Shown here: positions 37,512 to 46,034 of the stretch, piece by piece
How the letters are laid out: the number at the start of each line of letters is the position of its first letter
Numbering within the stretch: the first letter of the stretch is position 1
From: Novosphingobium sp.
GTDB taxonomy: Bacteria > Pseudomonadota > Alphaproteobacteria > Sphingomonadales > Sphingomonadaceae
Assembly: GCA_020446595.1 (NCBI GenBank)
Contig: JAGREJ010000004.1
Span: 1 to 52,971, forward strand
Length of the DNA stretch: 52,971 bases
Reading direction: 5' to 3'
The notes under the pieces: generated by a model
What the model was told of the DNA's origin: nothing
Seen by the model: the letters and a program-made list of their open reading frames with translations, nothing else
The model's database searches: none
Made by a program: the position numbers and the translations under genes

Positions 37512-39868
37512 CTCCAGCCTCCCAGCATGGTGAACGCTGACCATATCCACGGATCGGACTGATTGTTGTTGCGCGCGATCAGCGCGAGCTGCGCGTCGCG
37601 CAAGGCTTCGGCTCTCGATTTGCCCTCGCGCAGCCCGCGATAGAAAACGCTCATGAGTTCGGCGGTGCCAATGTCGTCCACTTGCCACAGCGAGGCGAGC
37701 GCGCTGACAGCGCCTGCCTGAATGGCGGCGCCAGCGAGTCCCATCGCCGCCTCGTCATCGCCCACCGCGGTTTCGCAGGCGCTGAGAACCAGCAGCGCAA
37801 GATCGCCGCCCCGGGTTCTGCGCGCCGAAATCAGGTCGCGCAGTTCGGATAGGCGCACGAGCTGGTCCGCAGCCACGATAAACGACCTGTTCGACCCGCC
37901 ATTGAAAGCCGCATGGGTGGCCAGGTGGAGAATATCGACCGGCTCACGAACCAGCACGCGTTCGAGATCGGCCTTCGAGAAATCAACCATGACGTCGCTG
38001 TTGTCACCCTGCTCCGCCGCTACGACTGCGCGCGCCTCCGGAATGGTGAAATCAAGCTTGGGAAATACGCCTCCCGGCACAACGACCTCGCGCCCAAGGG
38101 CCGCCGCAACGACATTTGGCTCGTTCTGAGCTGCGCGATCTCCCGGCTGGAGAAACGACAGGGCAGGCGCTACCGTCATGCGCGTCCGTTCGACGAGATA
38201 CTTGCCGGTCCCGTCGACGAGGGCTGCAAAGGGTACGGCGCGAAGGCTGCTGTCGGGCACGATTATCAGCGTCGAATCGCCGCCCAGCTGGTTTTCGATC
38301 GGTGCGATCAGCAATTCGTAAAGCCTTGCCGCCGCGCCCTGCCAAGCTGAGCCGTGACCCCTCGAGCCGAGCGAGACAAGCCCCGCCACCACGCTATCTA
38401 CTTCTGACCGGCTGACCGGGCGCGGAACGAGGCGATGGAAGCGCGGCGCGGAATCCCCGGGGGCGGCCGCCGCATAGAGCAGCTCCATTCTGTCATCCAG
38501 CACAACCGGATAGAGCACCACTTCGCGAGCCAGCAGGTCAGATGGCGTGAACGGCGTCGCCGAGGGCGCGCAATCGCTGCCGAACAGATCCTGAATCTCC
38601 GCCTGACGGTAGCTCTCGATGATGGTCTGGGCTCTGGCGATACGATCGGGATCGTCGCCCGAGACGCTGTTCAGTTCGGCATCTACGGCGGCTTCGAATA
38701 CTTCCCGCATGCGCAGGGCGAAGTTGGATTCGTTGGTAACCGGATCGACGGCTGGCAGGAACGGCCGGATTGTTTCAAGCGCCCGGTAGGCCGATGCGAC
38801 ATGTTCGTAACGCTTGTCCGGTTCGGCCTGTGCCAGCAGCAGCAACCAGTCCGGCATGCGGGTCGGCAGTTCCCGTTGCGATTCGAACTGGATTGCCCGC
38901 TGCAGATGGCCGTTTGCCGGGCCGCCCGTAGCCTGCGCAAGCCGACCTTCCAGTGCAGCCGTAAAGGCGGCGATCGCCGGGTCGTCGCTGGCTGCCGTGC
39001 GCATCTGGCCGATTGCCAGGTCGAGCCGAGCATACGAATTCGAACCTGCATCAAGCGCCGTTTCCACGAGTCTTCCGATCATCGTAGCGCGATCGACACC
39101 GTTCGGTATGGATTCAGCCGTGCCGATCGATTGCAGCGCAAGACCGCTGGCAAACGGTCTTGATTGCGCGGTGAATGGCAGATCGGGATTGGCAATGGCG
39201 AGCCTCGCCAGACGAAGCGACGCCATCGACGAGAGCCTGTAGTCTTTCGCCGCCAGCGCCCTGCCCGCCGAACATTCGAGCGCCAATGCGGAGTAGGCTC
39301 GTCCGCGCATGCCGGAATTGCCTGGCGAACTCAGGGTCGCGCAGGCAGCGTCGGCTCCGCGACCGGCCACGCTCGCGTCCTCGGAGACATCGCCCGCCAT
39401 TCCGCGAGACCCGATGCCGCTGCCATCGCTGGCATGGACCAGCCCCAGTCTGTAAGCCGCAAGGGCGCTGACGTCGCGAAGCCCTGCGCGCTCTGCACTC
39501 ACCAGCGACGCGACGAGATAGGCGTGCGCCTGATACTGGCTGCCATCGCTTCGCGTTCTGGCTGCTTCGCCGGCGGCGGAACAGTATTGGGCGAGTGCCG
39601 CCTCGGAAGGTGGCGAAGATGCGCTGGCACCTTCCACCGTGACGACGGATTGAAGTGACGCGCTGCCGCCTCCGCGCGACATCGCGCGCTCGATCGCCGC
39701 TGCCTGGGTCTGCAAGGTGCTATCGTCCGGATAGGTGCCTGCCGAAAACTGCGACGTCGCGCACAGCTCATCGGCGGTCAGGGCCCGGGCAGGCGTTGAT
39801 GCAAGCAGGCCGAATGCTGCGGCGGCAACGCCCGCGATGCAAACCCTCCCGCCAAAGGATGGTTTCAT
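37508..39868 (-). CDS. Exported CHAT-domain (caspase/HetF-like) cysteine protease with helical N-terminal region
   Basis: Catalytic motifs HLATHA and LVLSACETA, plus SLWQVDD and P..WSAF. Signal peptide MKPSFGGRVC...PARA; AGGGGG RBS before ATG 39868. Confidence 0.9.
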   Translation of the reverse strand: MKPSFGGRVCIAGVAAAAFGLLASTPARALTADELCATSQFSAGTYPDDSTLQTQAAAIERAMSRGGGSASLQSVVTVEGASASSPPSEAALAQYCSAAGEAARTRSDGSQYQAHAYLVASLVSAERAGLRDVSALAAYRLGLVHASDGSGIGSRGMAGDVSEDASVAGRGADAACATLSSPGNSGMRGRAYSALALECSAGRALAAKDYRLSSMASLRLARLAIANPDLPFTAQSRPFASGLALQSIGTAESIPNGVDRATMIGRLVETALDAGSNSYARLDLAIGQMRTAASDDPAIAAFTAALEGRLAQATGGPANGHLQRAIQFESQRELPTRMPDWLLLLAQAEPDKRYEHVASAYRALETIRPFLPAVDPVTNESNFALRMREVFEAAVDAELNSVSGDDPDRIARAQTIIESYRQAEIQDLFGSDCAPSATPFTPSDLLAREVVLYPVVLDDRMELLYAAAAPGDSAPRFHRLVPRPVSRSEVDSVVAGLVSLGSRGHGSAWQGAAARLYELLIAPIENQLGGDSTLIIVPDSSLRAVPFAALVDGTGKYLVERTRMTVAPALSFLQPGDRAAQNEPNVVAAALGREVVVPGGVFPKLDFTIPEARAVVAAEQGDNSDVMVDFSKADLERVLVREPVDILHLATHAAFNGGSNRSFIVAADQLVRLSELRDLISARRTRGGDLALLVLSACETAVGDDEAAMGLAGAAIQAGAVSALASLWQVDDIGTAELMSVFYRGLREGKSRAEALRDAQLALIARNNNQSDPWIWSAFTMLGGWR

Positions 39869-40207
39869 TTGCAACCCCCTGAGTCGTGGCAAAGCCAATC
39901 CAGCCGCGCATATTGCCTGCACCGGTGCCCAAAGACCCGCACTGGCCGCAACGGCGGCGCGATAAGGCAGGTTGATCGACCAGTCATCACGAGTCAACAA
40001 ATCAATCGCTTGAGTGCACTATTGCGCAAATCAACGAAGCTGACGGCTCTCCATTCTAGCCAGACAAAGTCCCAAATCTTGAATGTCGAAACCGCAGCCT
40101 ATGGCTCTATTTTTTTCTAAGGGTAACCGTAAAACTGTATAAGAACCTCTCAAGGCCCGCAGCAGGTCTACATCCGCTGGTAAGAGACGCGGCTGGCGCC
40201 GGTGTTT

Positions 40208-40594
40208 CTATTTCATATTCTGCATTATCTGGTTGCTGACGCTCGACATCTGCTTGGTCATGTTGCTCAAGGCACTGAACATTTGCTGCTGGCTGGAAAA
40301 CAATGACTGTATCGCCTGGAGCGCCGTGCTGTTCTTCACGTTCTGATTCGAGATGTTGCCCAGACTGACCCACAGATCGTTCTTCTGTGTTTCCAGATTG
40401 AACAGGACGCTTTTTTCCGCCTTGGCGATCGCCTTGTGCAGCGCGGCGATGTAGGCTGCCTTCTGCAGCGCCGGTCCGAGCTTGGCCAGCAATTGCGGGT
40501 CGATGCCGGCCGCCGGGTTGAACACCGACGTTTTGGACTTGCCGTCGACAAGCTGGCCCAAGAGCGATCCAAGGTTACCGATGTTTCCAAACAT
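40208..40594 (-). CDS. Hypothetical 128-aa Q/N/S-rich helical protein with T3SS-needle (SctF)-like C-terminus
   Basis: GGAG RBS before ATG 40594; ends in LQAIQSLFSSQQQMFSALSNMTKQMSSVSNQIMQNMK. Confidence 0.7.
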   Translation of the reverse strand: MFGNIGNLGSLLGQLVDGKSKTSVFNPAAGIDPQLLAKLGPALQKAAYIAALHKAIAKAEKSVLFNLETQKNDLWVSLGNISNQNVKNSTALQAIQSLFSSQQQMFSALSNMTKQMSSVSNQIMQNMK

Positions 40595-40776
40595 GATGAC
40601 ATTCTCCAGGTTTGACCAGTTCGATTGGCTGAGGTGAAGAATAACCATCGTACAAGCGAGGGATCAAGCGATAAGGCGGAATTACTGTCCAGATCGGCAC
40701 CAGAGAAAATTGCTACGCGTTGGAAACTCATCGGGGCGATGCAAGGTGTGCCACCTGCACTTGCCCTGATCGCCGC

Positions 40777-41280
40777 CTAATTGGCCGCGATGCTGAAACC
40801 TAGCTCCTTCCAGATGTGGGCCTGGTTCTTGCGCAGTTGCGGGACGAGCATGCCCACGACCGGCCCCAGGCTCGTGGCAATACCCTGGAGAACCGGGCCG
40901 AGTTTGCTGTATGGCGCGGGAAAATTTGACGCGATGTTGCCGAATTCGTTTATCAATGTGGCCATTGCCGGAATCGCGGCCTCGCGGTTGAAGCGGATTG
41001 CATGGGGATCGCTGAGCACCTTGTGCGCGGCTTTGATGCGCTTGTAGGCATCGACGGCACCATAGAGACTGTGCCCCTTGCCGATCGCCTCCGAAACGCC
41101 CTTCAACGCCTTTGACGCGCTTTCCATCGTGCTGATGGCGACACTGTCATTGCCGCTGTTGACCTGATTCCAGACCCATTTGGCCTGCCCGATCTTCTTG
41201 ACGGTATCGTCACATGCAGACTTAAGGGCCTTGGAATCCTCAATCGCATATTTTCCGGTAAAATATCCGTAAATATCCAT
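40777..41280 (-). CDS. Hypothetical 167-aa helical protein
   Basis: GGGAG RBS before ATG 41280; protein-like composition; no motif recognised. Confidence 0.7.
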   Translation of the reverse strand: MDIYGYFTGKYAIEDSKALKSACDDTVKKIGQAKWVWNQVNSGNDSVAISTMESASKALKGVSEAIGKGHSLYGAVDAYKRIKAAHKVLSDPHAIRFNREAAIPAMATLINEFGNIASNFPAPYSKLGPVLQGIATSLGPVVGMLVPQLRKNQAHIWKELGFSIAAN

Positions 41281-41628
41281 CTGGTATCTCCCTGAAAACA
41301 AAACGAGCGGGATATCGACGCGACACTGCATTGACGACCAAGCCGCGCGGGTCTGTCGGCATATCCAGTTTTTGCGGGCCAGTTTTTGCAGGCTGTGTCA
41401 GCGTATCATCCTTGTCTCCCGAATTCGACCGATTGTTTGCCAAATCGCCTCGCTCTACTGGCCGATGCGGCGGGGCGGCTTGTCGGGTATTGCGCGAAGG
41501 TGTAGACTTGCGATGCCCGGAAGGTATCGAACATTTGTCCTGGCCATCAAGGTCCGGACTGTCCGTTGCGACGTGCTGCGCTCGGCATTCGACGCTGCGG
41601 CGCAGCCGCTCGCAGGGAAGGAGGAGGT

Positions 41629-43146
41629 TTGCAAACGACCGGATCTTTTGCCCTCCGGAACGCCAAGGCGCGGCACGCGCTGTTCATGGCGATAGGCGTC
41701 GCCAGTGCATGCCTTGTTGGCCCCGTGGCAGGGCCAGCAGGAGCAAGGCCTTCCGACAGCGGGCAAGGCGCCAGCGATCTGCTCGTGGTGGACTGCCTGC
41801 TGCCTCCGACGATCCAGCGCCTTGGCAACAGCGTCACCTATCTGCGCGCGCGCAAGGCGGTAAAGACTTCCGCTGCAGAATGCCGCAAGCGTGGCGGCGA
41901 ATATTCGGAAGCCGGCAAGGAAACCTACGCCGCACTCACCAAAATCTGGCTTCCTCTCGCCAATGCCGGAGATGCCGAAGCGCAGACCAATCTTGGCGAG
42001 ATATTCGAACAGGGAAAGGGCGGCCCTCCCCAGCCCGACATGGCAGCGCAGTGGTATCGCCGCGCGGCAGAAGCGGGATATGCGCGCGCGCAGGTGAACC
42101 TTGGCTCCCTTTATGAGCGCGGCCTTGGTGTGCCCAAGAATCAATCGACCGCTATGCAATGGTACCGCCGCGCTTCGGGCCTGGAAAACGAGAGCCTTGC
42201 CTTCCAGGCCGGTAGCCAGAACACCGAAGTTCAGCGCCTCCAGCGCGAGCGCGACGATCTGGCCCGCCAGCTCGAACAGGAGCGCAGCAAGCGCAAGGCT
42301 CTTGAACAGGGCGCTGCATCGGATGTGGCGTCAGCGCCTGACGATGCGGCGCTGAATATTCAGCGCAAGCCGCAAAAGGTTGCGCGCAGTCAGCGCAAGA
42401 CGTCGAGCCAGACCCGCTATCACGCTCTGATAATCGGCAACAATGACTTCGAGCACATTCCGAGCCTGACGACCGCCGTCAACGATGCGCGGACGATCGA
42501 GGCGATCCTGCGCAAGCAATACGGCTACAAGACAACCCTGCTCATCGACGGCAGCCGCTATCAATTGCTTTCGGCGCTGAATACCTTGCGGGAGGAACTG
42601 ACCGAGCGGGACAATCTCCTCATATTCTATGCCGGGCATGGCGCGCTCGATGAAGTGAATGACCGGGGGTACTGGCTCCCGGTCGATGCCGAAGCGCATT
42701 CGAATGCGAACTGGATTCCGTCGTGGCAGATAACCGATCTGATGAATGCGATGAACGCGGGCCAGATCATGCTGATCGCCGATTCCTGCTATGCGGGAAC
42801 CCTGACCCGCGCATCGATACCCACCGCACAATCTGGCATGAACGAGGCCGACAGGGCGCGCTGGATCGAAGTCATGACAAGGCGGCGCACCCGCGTCGTG
42901 CTCACCTCTGGCGGGGTCAAACCCGTTCTAGACACGGGCGGAGGACAGCATTCGGTTTTCGCTGCCGCGCTTATCAGAGCGCTTGAAAGCAACCATCAGG
43001 CTCTCGAAGGGCAGAAGCTGGCAAACACGATAACTGGACAGGTCAAGGCAGCCGCACTGCGCCAGAAATTCGATCAGGTTCCGATGTACGCTCCGATTCG
43101 CTATGCCGGACATGAAGCGGGGGATTATTTCTTCATCCCCAGGTGA
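41629..43146 (+). CDS. Exported Sel1-repeat + coiled-coil + caspase (peptidase C14) protein
   Basis: GGAGG RBS, TTG start and signal peptide; Sel1 repeats (AQTNLGEIFEQG, AQVNLGSLYERG); C14 motifs ALIIGNN, FYAGHG, ADSCYAG. Confidence 0.88.
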   Translation: MQTTGSFALRNAKARHALFMAIGVASACLVGPVAGPAGARPSDSGQGASDLLVVDCLLPPTIQRLGNSVTYLRARKAVKTSAAECRKRGGEYSEAGKETYAALTKIWLPLANAGDAEAQTNLGEIFEQGKGGPPQPDMAAQWYRRAAEAGYARAQVNLGSLYERGLGVPKNQSTAMQWYRRASGLENESLAFQAGSQNTEVQRLQRERDDLARQLEQERSKRKALEQGAASDVASAPDDAALNIQRKPQKVARSQRKTSSQTRYHALIIGNNDFEHIPSLTTAVNDARTIEAILRKQYGYKTTLLIDGSRYQLLSALNTLREELTERDNLLIFYAGHGALDEVNDRGYWLPVDAEAHSNANWIPSWQITDLMNAMNAGQIMLIADSCYAGTLTRASIPTAQSGMNEADRARWIEVMTRRRTRVVLTSGGVKPVLDTGGGQHSVFAAALIRALESNHQALEGQKLANTITGQVKAAALRQKFDQVPMYAPIRYAGHEAGDYFFIPR

Positions 43147-43179
43147 AATGCATAATTCGATTAAACAGGGAGTCCGCCG

Positions 43180-44493
43180 TTGAACAAGTCTGCATTCCCG
43201 CCCGCGATGGCGGTCGCCGTTGGCATGCTGGTCGCATTCGGTGTCCAGGCACCCGAAGCTCACGCCCAGTCTGCCGGCAATGCCTCGTACCAGGACTTCT
43301 TTGCAACCTCGGTCTGTGGTCTTGACAGTACCGGCGAGGGTTCGCCGCCAAGTCAGGCCATTGCCGCCCGCTGTCGCGACACGATCGACAACAACGGTCA
43401 GGCAGCCAACATTTCCGGCGACAGCGAATCCTCGCTCAATCCCAATCAGGTCGCCATTGCCGCAAGCAGCGCCCTGGCACGGGCAAGGTCGATGGCGGAA
43501 CAGGCCGAAGATCGCATGCGCGACCAGCGCGAAAACGATGAGGAAGAGCAGGAAGGTGGCGATGAAGGGTATGTCGCCTCGTTCGGCCCCTGGAGCCTCT
43601 TCGCCAACCTCGAGACCGAATGGTTCGACCAGACGCGCCTGCCTTATGCGAACGAGCGCGGGTTCGATGGCGACCGGATCAGGGGAACGCTGGGAGCCGA
43701 TTACCGGCTCAATCCCCGGTCGCATATCGGCCTGATGCTGCATTACGAGCACTATTCGGCAGACTTCGACAAGGAGCTGGCAGGCACGGGCTTTGCGCCG
43801 ACCGGCCCGGCAGGTTCGGTCCGATCGAACACCTGGGCCGGTACCGTGTTCGCTTCCTTCTCGCTGTCCGATGAAGCATGGCTCGATGCCTCCGCGGGCT
43901 ATGGCAGCAGCGACAACGTATTCCGCCGCAACGCGATCTTCCAGCCGGGCACGCGCGCCTTTTCCCGCCCGGTGGAGACACGCGGCGAGGCTGACGGGGA
44001 AATGATCTTCGCATCCATCGGCGCGGGGTACGATTTCCTCACCGGCGCGCTTTCGATCGGCCCCTACATCCGGGGCCGCTATGTCCGCTCGAAAATCGAT
44101 GGCTATGTCGAGGAAGACCTGAGCAGCAGCGCGCTGCAACTCGCCGTAGGGCGGCAAAAGGCAACATCGCTGACTTCGGTGCTCGGCACGCAGCTTTCCT
44201 ATCCAATCAGCACGAGCTGGGGCGTGATAATGCCGCAGGCGAGGTTCGAATACGAACACGAATTCGAGGATGATCCGCGCACCACGCTGACCAGCTTCGT
44301 CAACGATCCTCGCGGAACGGCGTTTTTCGGCGTGACGACCGATGCACCCGATCGCAATTACTTCAACGCGGCGGCGGGACTGGTCATGATCCTCCCGAAC
44401 GGGATTATGCCTTACATCGATTACGAAGCACTGCTTGGATATCGCAACTTCGACCGGCACCGGCTGACCGTGGGACTGCGCCTCGAATTTTGA
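43180..44493 (+). CDS. Autotransporter beta-domain protein with very short passenger
   Basis: Signal peptide (AHA-Q), short passenger with one Cys pair, barrel strands (LGADYR, YEHEF, terminal GLRLEF); GGGAG RBS. Confidence 0.85.
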   Translation: MNKSAFPPAMAVAVGMLVAFGVQAPEAHAQSAGNASYQDFFATSVCGLDSTGEGSPPSQAIAARCRDTIDNNGQAANISGDSESSLNPNQVAIAASSALARARSMAEQAEDRMRDQRENDEEEQEGGDEGYVASFGPWSLFANLETEWFDQTRLPYANERGFDGDRIRGTLGADYRLNPRSHIGLMLHYEHYSADFDKELAGTGFAPTGPAGSVRSNTWAGTVFASFSLSDEAWLDASAGYGSSDNVFRRNAIFQPGTRAFSRPVETRGEADGEMIFASIGAGYDFLTGALSIGPYIRGRYVRSKIDGYVEEDLSSSALQLAVGRQKATSLTSVLGTQLSYPISTSWGVIMPQARFEYEHEFEDDPRTTLTSFVNDPRGTAFFGVTTDAPDRNYFNAAAGLVMILPNGIMPYIDYEALLGYRNFDRHRLTVGLRLEF

Positions 44494-44767
44494 GAAAAAA
44501 CCTCACTGAATTTGTCGCGATCGAGCAGGAAGTCGTTCAAAGCTGACTTGGTGGCGCAACTGCGTGGCACTTCTGGTCGCCGGACGCTGAATGCGTTTGT
44601 AAGGGGCTGGGGAATGCTCAAGGGGCGACGTGGCATTCGGGCGATCCCGGCGCTTCGCTCCAACGCCGCTATGGCCTGATACTCCGATAGGATTATATCA
44701 AGTGGACCGACGATACAGTTCGACGAATGAACCGGTCACAAAGAGAGCGTCGCGATTGGATGATTTG

Positions 44768-44890
44768 CACACCCTACCCCTCAACGGGAAGGTCATTTAG
44801 GCATAACATATTGAATATTAACCATTTTTCCTGACTTGGCTGCGATTCGGCAAACTGACCATTGGTCAACGTGATGACCAGCGGTGACCA
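44768..44890. other. Candidate oriT region
   Basis: Intergenic region upstream of the mob genes. Minus-strand GTAGGGTGTG (44777-44768) resembles F-family nic sequences; TGACCA-T-TGGTCA palindrome at 44856-44868 and further TGACCA copies at 44875 and 44885. Confidence 0.45.
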
Positions 44891-44943
44891 CATTCTCCAT
44901 TGCCCTGATTTCAAGCGATTTTCCGCGCTTGAAAATGCCCTAT

Positions 44944-44958
44944 GTTCTATATATGTTC
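44944..44958 (+). promoter_or_regulatory. Alphaproteobacterial LexA box upstream of the mob operon
   Basis: GTTC-TATATAT-GTTC, a perfect GTTC-N7-GTTC; TTGAAA -35-like hexamer at 44929-44934. Confidence 0.75.
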
Positions 44959-45001
44959 CAATGCGAGGGAACCGATCTGAAGGGGTGTGGAGAATGCCTC
45001 A

Positions 45002-45292
45002 ATGTCGCGTCGGTATCATCTCGCCTGCTATGTGACCGAAGATATTTTCGACCGGTTCGGCGCTCTGGCGACAAGCCGTCACATGACCGTCACGGGCCTG
45101 CTGCGCAAGCTGATCGTCGACGAACTGGACGCCGCATCGCTGCTCGCACCGGGCGATCTGGAGCGCAATGTTCTGTTCACCGCGCGCGCGGTCGGCGCGT
45201 TGCTCGAACGACATGATCCGCAGCTCTATGCGCACGTCATTGCGGCCTGGCGCAGCGACCTTTCGGGTGAGGATCAGACCGATGTGGGATGA
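45002..45292 (+). CDS. Small ribbon-helix-helix-like protein, probable relaxosome accessory (TrwA position)
   Basis: 96 aa with a beta-strand/helix/helix pattern (YHLACYV-TEDIFDRFGALA-MTVTGLLRKLI); first gene of the mob operon. Confidence 0.55.
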   Translation: MSRRYHLACYVTEDIFDRFGALATSRHMTVTGLLRKLIVDELDAASLLAPGDLERNVLFTARAVGALLERHDPQLYAHVIAAWRSDLSGEDQTDVG

Positions 45293-46034
45293 TGCCGCTT
45301 CCGATATCGACGAGCCGTTCTACCTCACCCGCTGGATCGGACCGAAGCTTGCCATAGCGATCGTTATGTCGGTCCTTTACCTGTCGATCCGCTACCAGCT
45401 GGAGGTCCATTCCGACGTCACCACCAACGTGTTTGGTCTGGCTCATATGAAGGCGAACCTGTTCCTGTTTCTGGGCGCAAGCGGGGATGCACAATGGGTC
45501 TTTTCCGGCGGCGGAGAGTCGTTCCTCGTGCGGCAGGATGTGGTCGCAACCGCGGCCCCCTATGCTGCGTCGTGGAGGCATATGCTGGACCGGATCGTGC
45601 GCGGGACATGGATCGCAGTTGGCCTGCTGTTTGCTCCGCCAGCGTTCTGGCATTCGCTGCCCGTGGTGGAAGACGCACTGGCCCGGATCAAGGTGCAACG
45701 CGCGAAATGGTGTGAACGACATGAACCGCCGGAGGTGGAGCAGCCGGAATCTCCAAAGGCAGCAACGTCGCGCCGACGTCCCAAGCCCAAACCATCCGCC
45801 GATGAACAGCTTTCACTGCCCTTTGATCGCCCCGAAAAGGTTCCATCCACGGTGTCGGACGAGGCGATCAAAGAGAAATGGAATTGCATCGCGCGGCACA
45901 CCGAGGAGAACCCTGTACGGCCTGCTGAACCGGCTCGCGAACCACTACCCACCATGCCACCACCCGTTGCAATCGAGGAACCGAAGTTCGTCCCCGGCCA
46001 GCTCCGCCGCAAGTCCAGGACGGAGGATCAATAA
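45282..46034 (+). CDS. Two-TM protein with Pro-rich tail in the coupling-protein (TrwB/TraD) position, lacking an ATPase domain
   Basis: Two hydrophobic segments and no Walker motifs; stop codon abuts the relaxase ATG. Confidence 0.5.
   Translation: MWDDAASDIDEPFYLTRWIGPKLAIAIVMSVLYLSIRYQLEVHSDVTTNVFGLAHMKANLFLFLGASGDAQWVFSGGGESFLVRQDVVATAAPYAASWRHMLDRIVRGTWIAVGLLFAPPAFWHSLPVVEDALARIKVQRAKWCERHEPPEVEQPESPKAATSRRRPKPKPSADEQLSLPFDRPEKVPSTVSDEAIKEKWNCIARHTEENPVRPAEPAREPLPTMPPPVAIEEPKFVPGQLRRKSRTEDQ

Noticed and set aside
44982-44990. Plus-strand GGGGTGTGG matching the F nic core
   Set aside because: It overlaps the RBS of the first mob gene and would transfer the mob genes first; the minus-strand site at 44768-44777 fits better.
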